A stretch of 64,000 nucleotides of DNA from assembly GCA_046347945.1 (NCBI GenBank), contig JAXMFB010000012.1:54572-118571 (forward strand). The letters are read 5' to 3'. Below the pieces are notes generated by a model, which saw only the letters and a list, made by a program, of their open reading frames with translations, was not told the origin of the DNA and searched no databases. Positions 29,655 to 40,176 of this stretch are shown piece after piece; position 1 is the first letter of the stretch, and each line of letters starts with the position of its first letter. The position numbers and the translations under genes were made by a program. The DNA comes from Burkholderiaceae bacterium (GTDB lineage: Bacteria; Pseudomonadota; Gammaproteobacteria; Burkholderiales; Burkholderiaceae_E).

Positions 29655-31145
29655 ATCGGCACGGCTTCCTCGCCTTCCTGGCCGGCCTTTCCGGCCTCTT
29701 CCGCTTTTCCGGCCTTTCCGGCCGTCGCGCAGCGCGGCGCGCGCGTCTCGCTGCGCCTGGTCGAGGAGCGTCACGAGACCCTCGCCGTCGTGCGCGGCGT
29801 CGTGCAGCCGGCGCAGCTGTCGACCGATCGTGGCGCGATGGTCACGGTGTGGCTCGACGGCGAATCGGGGTACTGCGCGACGGCCGACCTGTCGGCGCGA
29901 GGACTGCAGGCGGCGGCCGAGCGCGCCGCGCAGTGGGCGCGCGCGGCGCGGGGGCGGGGCCTCGGGCTCGCCGAGGTGCCCTGGCAGCTTCCGGGCGCGA
30001 CGCTGCGCTACGAGGGGCCCGCGGACGAGCCCCTTCCCGCGCGCGCCGAGCTGCTCGCGATGCTTCGCGTCGAAGCCGAGGCGATGGCTCGCGACCCGCG
30101 GGTGGTTCACTGGTCCGCGAGCTTGCGCGCCACCGAGTCGGCGCAACGGCTGTGGGTCGACGCCGCGCTGGTCGCCGAGCAGTCGTTCCGGTTCGTCGAG
30201 CCCAATCTCGAGGCGACCGCGTTCGCCGACGGCCGCTCCCAGACGCGCACGCTCGGCGGCCAGTACAACGGCTTTTGCCGGCAGGGCGGTTGGACCGCGT
30301 TGCGCGATTCCGGGATGATCGGCGGCGGCGCCCGCGTCGCCGACGAGGCGCTTCAGTTGCTGCGTGCGCCGAACTGTCCCGACGGTCCGCGCGACCTGCT
30401 GCTGTCGCCGGACCAGATGATGCTGCAGATCCACGAATCGATCGGGCATCCGCTCGAGCTCGACCGGATCCTCGGCGACGAGCGCAACTTCGCGGGAACC
30501 AGCTTCGTCACGGCCGACATGTTCGGCAGTTACCGCTACGGTTCGCCGCTGCTGAACGTGAGCTTCGATCCCGACGCGAGCGGTGAGTTCGCCAGCTACG
30601 CTGCCGACGACGACGGCACCGCGGCGCGTCGGCAACGCCTGATCGAGCGCGGCATCCTGCGGCGCGCGCTCGGCGGCGAACTGTCGCAGGCGCGCGCCCG
30701 CGCACTCGGCCTGCCGGTCGAAGGCACCGCCTCGGCGCGCGCCAGCGGCTGGCACCGGCCACCGATCGACCGGATGGCGAACCTGAACCTCGAGCCCGGC
30801 GACGCGACGCTCGAGTCGATGATCGCGTCGGTCGAACGCGGCATCTGGATGCAGACCAACGCTTCGTGGTCGATCGACGATTCGCGCAACAAGTTCCAGT
30901 TCGGCTGCGAATCGGGGCGCCTGATCGAAGGCGGACGGCTCACGACGCTGGTGCGCAACCCGAACTACCGCGGCACGTCGGCCACCTTCTGGCGCAGCCT
31001 GGCCGCCGTGGGCGACCGCGCGACGATGCAGGTGCTCGGCACGCCGTTCTGCGGCAAGGGCGAGCCCGGGCAGATCGCGCGCGTCGGGCACGCATCGCCG
31101 GCATGCCTGTTCCGGTCGATCGACGTGTTCGGGGGCGCGTCGTGA
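29655..31145 (+). CDS. tldD: TldD family metallopeptidase (start codon uncertain)
   Basis: QIHESIGHPLELDRILGDERN (HExxxH), PIDRMANL, SWSIDD.RNKFQFG, CGKGEP.Q...VGHASP; no ATG/GTG/TTG before the conserved N-terminus. Confidence 0.85.
   Translation: MGTASSPSWPAFPASSAFPAFPAVAQRGARVSLRLVEERHETLAVVRGVVQPAQLSTDRGAMVTVWLDGESGYCATADLSARGLQAAAERAAQWARAARGRGLGLAEVPWQLPGATLRYEGPADEPLPARAELLAMLRVEAEAMARDPRVVHWSASLRATESAQRLWVDAALVAEQSFRFVEPNLEATAFADGRSQTRTLGGQYNGFCRQGGWTALRDSGMIGGGARVADEALQLLRAPNCPDGPRDLLLSPDQMMLQIHESIGHPLELDRILGDERNFAGTSFVTADMFGSYRYGSPLLNVSFDPDASGEFASYAADDDGTAARRQRLIERGILRRALGGELSQARARALGLPVEGTASARASGWHRPPIDRMANLNLEPGDATLESMIASVERGIWMQTNASWSIDDSRNKFQFGCESGRLIEGGRLTTLVRNPNYRGTSATFWRSLAAVGDRATMQVLGTPFCGKGEPGQIARVGHASPACLFRSIDVFGGAS
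29673..29726 (+). repeat. 9-bp tandem repeat (CCGGCCTTT-like) at the 5' end of tldD
   Basis: CCTTCCTGG CCGGCCTTT CCGGCCTCT TCCGCTTTT CCGGCCTTT CCGGCCGTC, encoding PSW-PAF-PAS-SAF-PAF-PAV. Confidence 0.7.
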
Positions 31146-32479
31146 CCGCCGCCCCGGCGTTCGCCGCGCATTTCGACGCATTGGTCCGGTTCGTCGCCGC
31201 GGCGGCCGGGCCCGGCGAGATCCTCTTCGGCAGCCTGCGGGCCGAGCGCAGCGACTACCTGCGGGTGAATCGCGCGCGAGTCCGGCAGGCCGGCACGGTC
31301 GAGCGTGCGACGGTCGGCCTTCGCCTGATCGACGGCGGGCGCCAGGCGCGGATTGCCTGCACGCTGGGCGAGCCCGAAGCGATGCAGGCGGTGCTCGCGT
31401 GCGGCCTCGCCGAATTGCGTGACGCCGTCGCGCAACTGCCCGTCGATCCCCATGCCTGCTGGCAGCCGGTGCCGGGCAGCAGCGAGCGCATCGACGGCGC
31501 CGGCGTGCCCGATCCCGGTGTCGCGATCGACGCGATCGTCGCATCGGCCGAAGGCGACGACCTGGTGGGGCTCTACGCGGCCGGGCCGGTGGTGCGCGCG
31601 CTGGCCAGCAGCCTCGGCCACCGCCATTACCACGAAACGGTCTCGTCCACCTTCGACTTTTCCGTCCAGGTGGGCGGCGATCGCGCGGTCAAGGACACCT
31701 GGTTCGCCGAGCGCTGGGACGCGCAATCATTGCGGGCGACGATCGGCGCCGCTCGCGAGCGCGCGCGGATCCTGCATCGGCAGCCGCGGCGGCTCGCGCC
31801 CGGCGACTATCGGGTGCTGCTCGCGCCGCAGGCGCTGGCCGAACTGGTGGCGTTGCTGGGCTGGGGCGGTTTCTCCGAGCGCGCCTGGCGCAGCGGCCAG
31901 TCGCCACTGGCGCGCGCGGCGCGCGGCGAGGCCGCGTTGCATCCGTCGCTCACGCTGGTCGACGACCTCGACGCGTTCGGCGTGCCGCGCTTCCAGGCCG
32001 ACGGCTTCGAGCGCCCGGCGCGCGTTGCGCTCGTCGAGGCGGGGCGTCCGGCGCGACGCCTCGTCTCGCCGCGCAGCGCGCGCGAGTTCGGGGTCGACGG
32101 CAACGGCGCTGACGACGACGAGCGTCCCGTTGCCGCCTGCGTCGCGCCGGGTACGCTGCCCGCGGCGGACGCGATGGCGGCGCTTCACACCGGCGTGGCG
32201 ATTTCCAATCTCTGGTACCTGAACTACTCGGATCGCGAGGCCTGCCGCGCGACCGGCATGACGCGATTCGCGACGCTGTGGGTCGAGGACGGCCGGGCGG
32301 TCGCGCCGATCGAGCCGATGCGCTTCGACGACAGCCTGTACCGCGTGCTCGGCGAGCAACTGGTCGCGCTCGGCGACGCCGTGCGCCGGATGCCCGACAC
32401 GGCCACCTGGGACGGGCGCGAGCCGGGCGGCATCAGCGCGCCGGCCGCGCTCGTCGGCGCGTTGCGCTTCACGTCGTGA
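31142..32479 (+). CDS. TldE/PmbA-like partner subunit
   Basis: GTGA overlap with tldD; E.SDYLR.N.ARVRQAG, L.PG.YR..LAP.A, SNLWYLNYSDR...TGMTRFA, PMRFDDS. Confidence 0.85.
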   Translation: MTAAPAFAAHFDALVRFVAAAAGPGEILFGSLRAERSDYLRVNRARVRQAGTVERATVGLRLIDGGRQARIACTLGEPEAMQAVLACGLAELRDAVAQLPVDPHACWQPVPGSSERIDGAGVPDPGVAIDAIVASAEGDDLVGLYAAGPVVRALASSLGHRHYHETVSSTFDFSVQVGGDRAVKDTWFAERWDAQSLRATIGAARERARILHRQPRRLAPGDYRVLLAPQALAELVALLGWGGFSERAWRSGQSPLARAARGEAALHPSLTLVDDLDAFGVPRFQADGFERPARVALVEAGRPARRLVSPRSAREFGVDGNGADDDERPVAACVAPGTLPAADAMAALHTGVAISNLWYLNYSDREACRATGMTRFATLWVEDGRAVAPIEPMRFDDSLYRVLGEQLVALGDAVRRMPDTATWDGREPGGISAPAALVGALRFTS

Positions 32480-32534
32480 GGCAGCGGCGCTTCGCCGGCC
32501 GGTTCGGCACGCCCCGGCGCGGGGGCGATCGTCG

Positions 32535-32975
32535 TCAGTCGGCGGAGCGGCCGCGTCGATCGTGCGGTTCGGTCACGAATCCGAGCTTCGTGATGCCCGC
32601 CTGCTGCGCGCTCGACATCACCTCGGCGATCCGCTGGTAGCGGGTCTCGCGGTCGGCGCGCAGGTGCAGCTCGGGTTGCGGTTGCCGCGCAGCCGCCTGC
32701 CGGAACCGCTCGCCGAGCGCGTCGAGCCCCGTCACCGGTTCGTCGTTCCAGAACAGCGCGCCCGACGGGTCGATCGACAGCGTGATCGTCTCCGGCTTCT
32801 CGGCCGATGCCGGGGCCTGCGCGTTGGGCAGGTCGAGGCGGATCGCGTGCGTGAGCAGCGGGGCAGTGATGATGAAGATGACCAGCAGCACCAGCATGAC
32901 GTCGACCAGCGGCGTTGTGTTGATCTCGGCCATCGGCTGCGGGTGGTTGCCGGTATCGAATCCGCCGAATGCCAT
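32535..32975 (-). CDS. exbD: Biopolymer transport protein ExbD
   Basis: EINTTPLVDVMLVLLVIFII, LRADR, AGITKLGFVT. Confidence 0.93.
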   Translation of the reverse strand: MAFGGFDTGNHPQPMAEINTTPLVDVMLVLLVIFIITAPLLTHAIRLDLPNAQAPASAEKPETITLSIDPSGALFWNDEPVTGLDALGERFRQAAARQPQPELHLRADRETRYQRIAEVMSSAQQAGITKLGFVTEPHDRRGRSAD

Positions 32976-33011
32976 TGCGTGGAGCCTCCTGGTGATCGAG
33001 TTGCGCGCGGC

Positions 33012-33752
33012 TCAGCGCACGACCCGGCTGGCCGCCAGCGGGGCCACCGCGCTTCGCAGTGCGTCGCCCTCGTGATCCCGCAGCCTGCGCCCCGTGATGA
33101 CCAGCGCGAGCACGTCGTGCGCGAAGCCGTCGAGCTCGGCGAGCACGATGCGGTTGCCGCGCACGAACGCGTTGTAGGCGAGCACCGCGGGAATCGCGAC
33201 TGCGAGGCCCGCTGCGGTCATCACCAGCGCTTCGCCGACGGGGCCCGCCACCTTGTCGATCATCACCTGGCCGCTCGACGCGATCGCGAGCAGCGCGTGG
33301 TAGATGCCCCAGACGGTACCGAAAAGCCCGACGAAGGGCGCGGTGCTGCCCACCGAAGCCAGGAACGCGAGGCCGCTCTCGAGCCGCGCCGAAGCCTGCG
33401 TGATCTCGCCGCGCATCGCGCGCGTCACCAGTTCGTCGCGGTCGATCGACGCGGCGAGCGAGCTGTCGGGCTGCATCGCGGCGGCCGCGCGCGCCTTCTG
33501 GACCAGCGGCAGGAAGACCCGCTCGGTGTCGGCGCGCTCGAGCGTGGCGACCGCCTCGTCCATCGACCGCGCATTCCAGAACTGCTCGAGCGCGGCGCGC
33601 GCGCCGCGACGCAGCCGCCACGCGCTCCACGCCTTGGACAGGATGAAGTACCAGCTCACGACCGACATTGCCAGGAGCAGGTACGCGACCGCGTGGGTCA
33701 CCACGTCGCCGGCCTGCCAGAAGTGCATCAAACCGAGTTGCTGTTCCTGCAT
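33012..33752 (-). CDS. exbB: MotA/TolQ/ExbB proton channel
   Basis: LASVGSTAPFVGLFGTVWGI, GEALVMTAAGLAVAIPAV.AYN. Confidence 0.92.
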   Translation of the reverse strand: MQEQQLGLMHFWQAGDVVTHAVAYLLLAMSVVSWYFILSKAWSAWRLRRGARAALEQFWNARSMDEAVATLERADTERVFLPLVQKARAAAAMQPDSSLAASIDRDELVTRAMRGEITQASARLESGLAFLASVGSTAPFVGLFGTVWGIYHALLAIASSGQVMIDKVAGPVGEALVMTAAGLAVAIPAVLAYNAFVRGNRIVLAELDGFAHDVLALVITGRRLRDHEGDALRSAVAPLAASRVVR

Positions 33753-33763
33753 CGCGTGTCCCT

Positions 33764-34597
33764 TCAGCCTTCGAGTCGGAAGACCCATCGCCAGTCGTGA
33801 TACCACTCCGCAACAGGCCGGCCATCGACGGTGGCCGGCTTGAAGCGCCATTTCCTCACCGTGTCGATCGCGGTGCGGTCGAGCAGCGTGGAACCGCTCG
33901 ACTGCTTGAGCCGGACTTCGGTGACCCGGCCGTCCGCGCCGACGTGGACGTCCAGCCTGACCTCGCCCTGGTCGCCCAGTCGCCGCGCCATCCCCGGATA
34001 GGGCGGCGGCGTGTTGCCGCTCCAGGTCGCGTCGACGTGCGGGGCGCTGCGCGTCGACGGCGCCGCGGAGGCGATGCCGTCGCCCCGCCGGCTGCCGGCC
34101 GCCGCATCCAGGGCCGTGGCGGGCGACGCGGGCGCCCCGGGCGGCCCGGCGTCCTGCCCCGGCGCCGGCTCGGTGGTCGTCACCGGCGGCGGTACCGTGA
34201 TCGCGCTCGACTGCGGCGGCGCGGCGCGCACCGGGAGGTCGGGCACCGGTGCTGGCGCCTCGGGCCTCGCCGAGACGGGCGGCTGCGCCGGCCGCTCGAG
34301 CATGGGCCGCGGCTCGGGTCGCGGCCTGGGCCTGGCGCGCACCGGCTGCGGTGCAGGGCGGGGCGCGGCGGCTTCGAGCGGTGCGCTGCGCGCAGGCGGC
34401 CCGGCCGTGGGCTCGGCGGCGGGCGGCGCCGACGCGCGCGCAACCGGCAGCGGTTCAGGCGCCGTGAGCAGGACGACCTGCACCGGTTCGACCGTGCGTT
34501 TCGTGGCGGGAGCGATGGCCAGCGTCAGCACACCGGTGAGCACGAGACCGTGCAGGGCCAGCGCACCGCCTGCCGCCGACAGCCGGGATGCATCCAT
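33764..34597 (-). CDS. tonB: Energy transducer TonB
   Basis: N-terminal TM with LH, Pro-rich linker, YP..ARR.G.QG.V...SSG...LD..A...VRKWRFKPA. Confidence 0.88.
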   Translation of the reverse strand: MDASRLSAAGGALALHGLVLTGVLTLAIAPATKRTVEPVQVVLLTAPEPLPVARASAPPAAEPTAGPPARSAPLEAAAPRPAPQPVRARPRPRPEPRPMLERPAQPPVSARPEAPAPVPDLPVRAAPPQSSAITVPPPVTTTEPAPGQDAGPPGAPASPATALDAAAGSRRGDGIASAAPSTRSAPHVDATWSGNTPPPYPGMARRLGDQGEVRLDVHVGADGRVTEVRLKQSSGSTLLDRTAIDTVRKWRFKPATVDGRPVAEWYHDWRWVFRLEG

Positions 34598-34711
34598 CGC
34601 GAAATTATCGCGGCCGACGCCGGGAAGACCAAATTCGGGCAAGCCGGCGCGGGCAGCGCGCCCCGGCTCTGCAACAATGCGCGTTCCTTTTTCCGAGCGG
34701 GCAGGGCGCCG

Positions 34712-35671
34712 ATGCAGGACGACCGGGGGTGGTGCGACACGATCGTTGGCGTCGCCGCGGGCAGCGAGCCCGCAACGCCGCGGCGCAGGCCCCGGTGGCA
34801 ACGGCTGACCTCGACGATCGCGGCGCTCGCGCTTGCCGCGTGCTCGGCGCTGCCTGGCCAGCCTGGGGGCGCGCAGGATGGCGCGGCGCTGCCGCCGGCG
34901 GCGTTCGACGCCGACCTGCTGCTGATCGGCGAGGTGCACGACAACGCGATCCAGCACCGCATGCGGCTGCGTTGGCTCGAGCAACTCGCCGAGCGGCGGC
35001 GCATCGTCATCGCGCTCGAGCAGCTCGATGCCGTGAACCAGGGCGCGCTCGACCGTGCCCGAGCCGCCGACCCCGCCGCAGCCGGCGATGCGTTGCCGCA
35101 GCGCGCCCGCCGGGTCGCCGAGGCGGCAGGCTTCGACTTCCGCGGCTGGCACTGGGAGTACTACCGGCTGGTGATCGAACTCGCGCTGCGCCGCGACCTG
35201 CCGCTGGTGGCGGCCAACCTGTCGCGGTCCGAGACTTCGGACGTGGCCCGCGGCCGCGCGCCGGCTGCGCGGGAGCCCGCCGGCTGGAGCGCTAGCGACG
35301 AACGAGCCCTGGAGGACTCGATCCGGCGAGGGCACTGCGGCCTGCTTCCCGAATCGATGATCGCGCCGATGGCGGCTGCCCAGCGCAGTCGCGATGCGCG
35401 GCTCGCCCGCTCGGTCGCCGACGCCCATCGCGCCAGCGGCCTGCCGGTGGTACTGCTGGCCGGCAACGGCCACGTCCGTCGCGACATCGGCGTGCCGCGC
35501 TACCTGGCCGAACTCGCGCCGCACGCGCGGGTGTTCGGCATCGGCCTGCTGGAAGCCGGAGAAGCGACGCCGGTGCCGTTCGACGCCGCCGAGGTGACCA
35601 CGGCGGCCCCGCGCGAGGATCCATGCAACGCGCTACGCACGAACCCGCGGCGTTCGCAAGCCCCGCAGTGA
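34712..35671 (+). CDS. ChaN family lipoprotein (putative haem/iron-uptake associated)
   Basis: Lipobox LAAC; LLIGEVHDN...H, ALEQ, HCG.LP, AQR.RD, LAGNGHVR.D.GVP; start uncertain. Confidence 0.78.
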   Translation: MQDDRGWCDTIVGVAAGSEPATPRRRPRWQRLTSTIAALALAACSALPGQPGGAQDGAALPPAAFDADLLLIGEVHDNAIQHRMRLRWLEQLAERRRIVIALEQLDAVNQGALDRARAADPAAAGDALPQRARRVAEAAGFDFRGWHWEYYRLVIELALRRDLPLVAANLSRSETSDVARGRAPAAREPAGWSASDERALEDSIRRGHCGLLPESMIAPMAAAQRSRDARLARSVADAHRASGLPVVLLAGNGHVRRDIGVPRYLAELAPHARVFGIGLLEAGEATPVPFDAAEVTTAAPREDPCNALRTNPRRSQAPQ

Positions 35672-35680
35672 GATCGCGGA

Positions 35681-36484
35681 TCAGTCCTTCAGGCCCAGCA
35701 CGTCCTGCATGTCGTACAGGCCGTTGGCGCGTTCCGACAGGAAGCGGCAGGCGCGCAGCGCGCCGTGTGCGTAGGTGACGCGGCTCGCCGATCGGTGCGT
35801 GATCTCGATGCGCTCGCCGATGCCGGCGAACAACACCGTGTGGTCGCCGACGATGTCGCCGCCGCGAACCGTGGCGAAGCCGATCGTCGACGGATCGCGC
35901 TCGCCGGTGACGCCTTCGCGACCGTAGACGGCCACCTTCTTCAGGTCGCGCCCGAGCGCCGCGGCGACGACCTCGCCCATCTTCAGGGCAGTGCCCGACG
36001 GGGCGTCGACCTTGTGGCGGTGATGGGCTTCGATGATCTCGATGTCGTAGCCCTCGTGCAGCGACTTCGCCGCGAGCTCGAGCAGCTTCAAGGTCACGTT
36101 GACGCCCACGCTCATGTTCGGCGCGAACACGATCGGCACGCGCTCGGCCGCCGCGGCGATCGCGCGCCGGCCCTCGTCGTCGAAACCGGTCGTGCCGATG
36201 ACCATCGCGGCGCCGCGCGTCGCGCAGGCGCGCAGGTGCGCGAGCGTGCCCGCCGGTCGGGTGAAGTCGATCAGGAACTGCGCGTCGGCGATGCCGGCGT
36301 CGACGTCGTCGGTGATCGCGACGCCGGTCGCGCGCCCGAGGAAGTCGCCGGCATCGCGCCCGATCGAGGCGCTGCCGGCCACGTCGAGCGCGCCGACGAG
36401 TTGCGCGTCAGGGGCCTCGAGCACCGCCTCGACCAGCATTCGCCCCATGCGGCCCGAAGCGCCCGCGATCGCGATCCGCATCAT
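35681..36484 (-). CDS. dapB: 4-hydroxy-tetrahydrodipicolinate reductase
   Basis: [34 protein letters not shown]. Confidence 0.96.
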   Translation of the reverse strand: MMRIAIAGASGRMGRMLVEAVLEAPDAQLVGALDVAGSASIGRDAGDFLGRATGVAITDDVDAGIADAQFLIDFTRPAGTLAHLRACATRGAAMVIGTTGFDDEGRRAIAAAAERVPIVFAPNMSVGVNVTLKLLELAAKSLHEGYDIEIIEAHHRHKVDAPSGTALKMGEVVAAALGRDLKKVAVYGREGVTGERDPSTIGFATVRGGDIVGDHTVLFAGIGERIEITHRSASRVTYAHGALRACRFLSERANGLYDMQDVLGLKD

Positions 36485-36960
36485 GGCTGCGCCTTCTGCG
36501 CGGTGCTGGGCGGCCGATAGCCCGGCAGGGCGGGGTCGGTGGGGTCTTCCTTCGCGGGCAGCGCCTGCGCCTCGATCGCGGCGACGCGGTCTTCGCGGAA
36601 CACGATGGTGGCGCGCCGCAATTCGGCGCGGCCATTCGGAAACTGGTAGCGGAACACGTAATCCCAGCGATCCGGATGGAACACGTGGCGCAGCAACGGG
36701 GTGCCGAGCGCGAAGCGGACCTGCTCGCGCGTCATGCCCTCCTTGACCTGGTCCAGCGTCTGCTGCGTCAGGTAGTTGCCCTGCGGCAGGTCGGTGCGAT
36801 ACGGCTGCAGCAGGCCGCTGCGGTTCGGATCGCGCTGGGCACAGCCGCCGGCGAGGAGCGCGGCCACGAGCGCCGCGGGCACCCACCAGGCGGCGCGTGC
36901 CGGCCGCAAGCCGCGCTGGCCGGCCAGTGGCCGGCGGTGCTGGGCAGAAACCTCGTTCAT
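36481..36960 (-). CDS. bamE: Outer membrane protein assembly factor BamE
   Basis: Lipobox AGGC; PY..D..QGN, GMTREQV...LGTP, RWDY; divergent from fur. Confidence 0.92.
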   Translation of the reverse strand: MNEVSAQHRRPLAGQRGLRPARAAWWVPAALVAALLAGGCAQRDPNRSGLLQPYRTDLPQGNYLTQQTLDQVKEGMTREQVRFALGTPLLRHVFHPDRWDYVFRYQFPNGRAELRRATIVFREDRVAAIEAQALPAKEDPTDPALPGYRPPSTAQKAQP

Positions 36961-37034
36961 GGTGCCGGTCGCGACTCGTTGCAGTTGAAAACCGTTATCA
37001 TACGACGGGACTTCCCCAGCCCGGGCCGAGCCGC

Positions 37035-37463
37035 ATGTCCGTCACCAGCGAACTCAAGAACATGGGTCTGAAGGCGACCTTGCCGCGCCTGAAGATCCTG
37101 GAAATCTTCCAGAACGGCAAGCAGCGGCACATGAGTGCCGAGGATGTCTATCGCGAGCTGATCGCCGAGAACCAGGAGATCGGGCTCGCTACGGTCTACC
37201 GCGTGCTGACCCAGTTCGAGCAGGCCGGGCTGCTCAAGCGCAGCAACTTCGAGTCCGGCAAGGCGGTGTTCGAGCTCGAGCAGGGGCAGCATCACGACCA
37301 CCTGGTCTGCCTGCAGTGCGGCCGCGTCGAGGAGTTCTACGACGCCGAGATCGAGAAGCGCCAGCAGAAGATCGCGAAAGACCGTGGCTTCTCGCTTCAG
37401 GAGCACGCGCTGGCGCTGTACGGAAACTGCATCAAGCCCGACTGCGTGTATCGGCGCAGCTGA
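37035..37463 (+). CDS. fur: Ferric uptake regulator
   Basis: [34 protein letters not shown]. Confidence 0.96.
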   Translation: MSVTSELKNMGLKATLPRLKILEIFQNGKQRHMSAEDVYRELIAENQEIGLATVYRVLTQFEQAGLLKRSNFESGKAVFELEQGQHHDHLVCLQCGRVEEFYDAEIEKRQQKIAKDRGFSLQEHALALYGNCIKPDCVYRRS

Positions 37464-37485
37464 GGGCGCCCGGGGTCGCCCGCGC

Positions 37486-39132
37486 TCAGGTCTGCGCGAG
37501 GATCTCGCGCGCGTGCTTGCGGGTGGTTGCGGTGATCTCGGTGCCGCCCAGCATCCGGGCGATCTCCTCGACGCGGGCGCCGCGATCGAGCGCCTCGATC
37601 CGGCTGACGGCGCGCCCGTCCACGCTGTCCTTGCTGACCCGGAAGTGATGGTGCGCCTTCGCGGCCACCTGCGGCAGGTGCGTCACGCACAGGACCTGGC
37701 GGTCGCCGCCCAGCCGGCGCATCAGCGCGCCGACCGCGTCGGCGACCGCGCCCCCGACGCCGGCATCGGCTTCGTCGAAGATCAGCGTCGGCACCGGGTT
37801 GGCCTGCGCAGCCAGCACGGCGATCGCAAGGCCGATGCGCGACAGTTCGCCGCCCGAGGCCACCCGGGCCAGCGGTCGCGGCGTCGCGCCGGCGTGCGCG
37901 GCCACGCGGAACTCGATGGCGTCGGTGCCCGAGGCCGTGGGCTCGCCGGGCTCGAACGCCACGGCGAGCTTGCCGCCGGCCATGCCCAGTTCGGCCATGT
38001 GGCGCGAGATGCCGTCGGCCAGGCGCCGTGCCGCCTTGCGTCGCGCGGCAGACAGGTGCGCGGCGAGTGTGTCGTAGCGCGTCCGCGCGGCCGCTGTCCT
38101 GGCACGCAGACCCTCGATGTCCTGGGCCGCGTCGAGCTCGCCGAGCCGCGCGCGGATCGAGTCGAGCGTGGCGGGAATCGATTCGGGCGGCATTCGCAGG
38201 CGCCGCGCCGCCTCGAAGACGGCGCCGATCCGCTGCTCGGTGTGCTCGAGCCGCTTCGGGTCGAGGTCGACACGTTCGGCGTAGTCGGCCAGCATGGACG
38301 CGGCCTCGTCGACCTGGATGGCGGCGCTCTCGAGCAGCTCGACCGCCTCCTGGAGCGCTGCGTCGATCGCCGCGAGCGGGCGCAGGCGCTGCAGCTGCTG
38401 GTGCAGGCGGCTCGCCAGCGCGTCGTCGCTGTCGACGAGCGCGTCGGCGGCGCCACGCGTGCCCTCGATCAGCGAGGCGGCGTGCGCGAGCCGCTTCTGT
38501 TCATCGTTGAGTTGCTCCCATTCGCCCGGCGCGAGCCGCAGGCGTTCGAGTTCGCTCGCCTGCCATGCCAGGCGCTCGCGCTCGAGCGCGAGCTCGCGCT
38601 GCCCCGATTCGGCGGCTTCGAGGTCGCGTCGCAGCGCGCGCCAGGCCGTCCAGGCCTCGGCGAGCACCTGCCTGTCGTTGTCGAGTCCGGCATAACCGTC
38701 GAGAAGCTGCCGCTGCCCATCGGCGCGCAGCAGCGACTGCGACGCGTGCTGGCCGTGGATGTCGACCAGCCGCTCGCCGATTTCGCGCAGCAGCGCCGCG
38801 GTAGCCGGATGGCCGTTGACCAGCGCGCGCGAGCGACCGTCGGCGTCGACCAGGCGCAGCAGCACGGTGCCGGCGTCGCCCTGCAATGCGCGCTCGGCCA
38901 GCCAGGCGTCGAGCGCCTCGTCGCTGTGGAACATTGCCGCGATGTCGGCGCGAGGGCGGCCTTCGCGTACCACCCCGGCGTCGGCGCGCCCGCCCATCGC
39001 AAGGCTCAGCGCGTCGATCAGGATCGACTTGCCGGCGCCGGTCTCGCCGGAGAGCACCGTGAATCCGGGGCCGAATTCGAGTTCGGCCGAGTCGACGATG
39101 ACGAAGTCTTCGAGGCGAAGGCTGAGCAGCAT
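37486..39132 (-). CDS. recN: DNA repair protein RecN
   Basis: GETGAGKS, IHGQH, ASGGELSR, IFDE.D.GVGG, VTHLPQVAA. Confidence 0.96.
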   Translation of the reverse strand: MLLSLRLEDFVIVDSAELEFGPGFTVLSGETGAGKSILIDALSLAMGGRADAGVVREGRPRADIAAMFHSDEALDAWLAERALQGDAGTVLLRLVDADGRSRALVNGHPATAALLREIGERLVDIHGQHASQSLLRADGQRQLLDGYAGLDNDRQVLAEAWTAWRALRRDLEAAESGQRELALERERLAWQASELERLRLAPGEWEQLNDEQKRLAHAASLIEGTRGAADALVDSDDALASRLHQQLQRLRPLAAIDAALQEAVELLESAAIQVDEAASMLADYAERVDLDPKRLEHTEQRIGAVFEAARRLRMPPESIPATLDSIRARLGELDAAQDIEGLRARTAAARTRYDTLAAHLSAARRKAARRLADGISRHMAELGMAGGKLAVAFEPGEPTASGTDAIEFRVAAHAGATPRPLARVASGGELSRIGLAIAVLAAQANPVPTLIFDEADAGVGGAVADAVGALMRRLGGDRQVLCVTHLPQVAAKAHHHFRVSKDSVDGRAVSRIEALDRGARVEEIARMLGGTEITATTRKHAREILAQT

Positions 39133-39174
39133 CGGGAGCGGCGTTCGGGGACGGGTCGGTCGGGGCGCCCGCGT

Positions 39175-40068
39175 TCAGCGCTGGATCGTCTGCAGGTGCG
39201 GCAGCTCGTGCCAGTTGAGCTTGCCGCGCAGCGTGGCGAAGTAGCTGTAGCCCGGCGGGTGCAGGAAGGTGGTGGTGAACGCGGCCCGCTGGACGATGAT
39301 GTCGTCGCCGACCTGAAGGTCGCTGAACACCTGCATGTCGCCGGCCACGCGCGGCTCGCGGCCCTCGACGACGCGGATCGTGATCGTCACCTCGTCGGGC
39401 AGGGTGATCGGGCGGTTCGACAGCGACTGCGGCGCCACCGGCACCAGCACGATGCCCTTGGTCTGCGGGTGCAGGATCGGCCCGTTGGCCGACAGCGCGT
39501 ACGCGGTCGAGCCGGTGGGCGTCGCCACGATCAGGCCGTCGGCGCGCTGGCTGTACATGTACAGGTCGTCGACGTGCACCTGCAATTCAATCATGCCGGT
39601 GCGGGACGACCGGTTGACGACCACGTCGTTCAGCGCCAGCTCGGTCCAGACGACTTCCTGGCCGCGCACGACGCGCGCGGTGAGCAGCGTGCGTTCCTCG
39701 GACGCGTAGTGGCCTTCGAGGATCGACGACAGCGCCTGGCGCCAGCTGTCGAGCCCGATGTCGGTGATGAAGCCGAGCCGGCCGTGGTTGATGCCTACCA
39801 GCGGTACCTCGTGCGGGGCGAGTGCGCGGGCGGCCCCGAGCATCGTGCCGTCGCCGCCGATCGCGATCGCGAGGTCGGCCTCGTGGCCGATTCGCTCCAG
39901 GCTCGCCGTCTCGAGCTCGGACGCACCCAGCAGCACCGCCGAGCGTTCTTCGACCAGCACCGAGACGCCGCGCGCGCGCAGGAACGCGGCGATCTCGCGC
40001 ACGGTTCCCCCGACGCTCTCGGTCTGCGGGCGGCTGACCAGCGCCACGCGGTTGAATCGGCTCTTCAT
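39175..40068 (-). CDS. nadK: NAD kinase
   Basis: GGDGTML, GINHGRLGF, ALNDVV, ADGLIVATPTGSTAYALSANGP. Confidence 0.95.
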   Translation of the reverse strand: MKSRFNRVALVSRPQTESVGGTVREIAAFLRARGVSVLVEERSAVLLGASELETASLERIGHEADLAIAIGGDGTMLGAARALAPHEVPLVGINHGRLGFITDIGLDSWRQALSSILEGHYASEERTLLTARVVRGQEVVWTELALNDVVVNRSSRTGMIELQVHVDDLYMYSQRADGLIVATPTGSTAYALSANGPILHPQTKGIVLVPVAPQSLSNRPITLPDEVTITIRVVEGREPRVAGDMQVFSDLQVGDDIIVQRAAFTTTFLHPPGYSYFATLRGKLNWHELPHLQTIQR

Positions 40069-40176
40069 CGCAGCGATTAGAGCACAAGCCGCCGGTGGCG
40101 AGCCGGGGCGCCCGGCCGAGCCGTCCGGCCGAGCCGGACGACTTGCGCCCGTGCCGACTGCCCATACAATGGGCGC

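Noticed and set aside
34598-34711. Fur box between tonB and chaN
   Set aside because: No convincing 19-bp match.
40069-40176. Possible CIRCE element near hrcA (TTAGAGCAC)
   Set aside because: No TTAGCACTC-N9-GAGTGCTAA inverted repeat here or before grpE/dnaK; the AT-rich stretch is better explained as the nadK -10.
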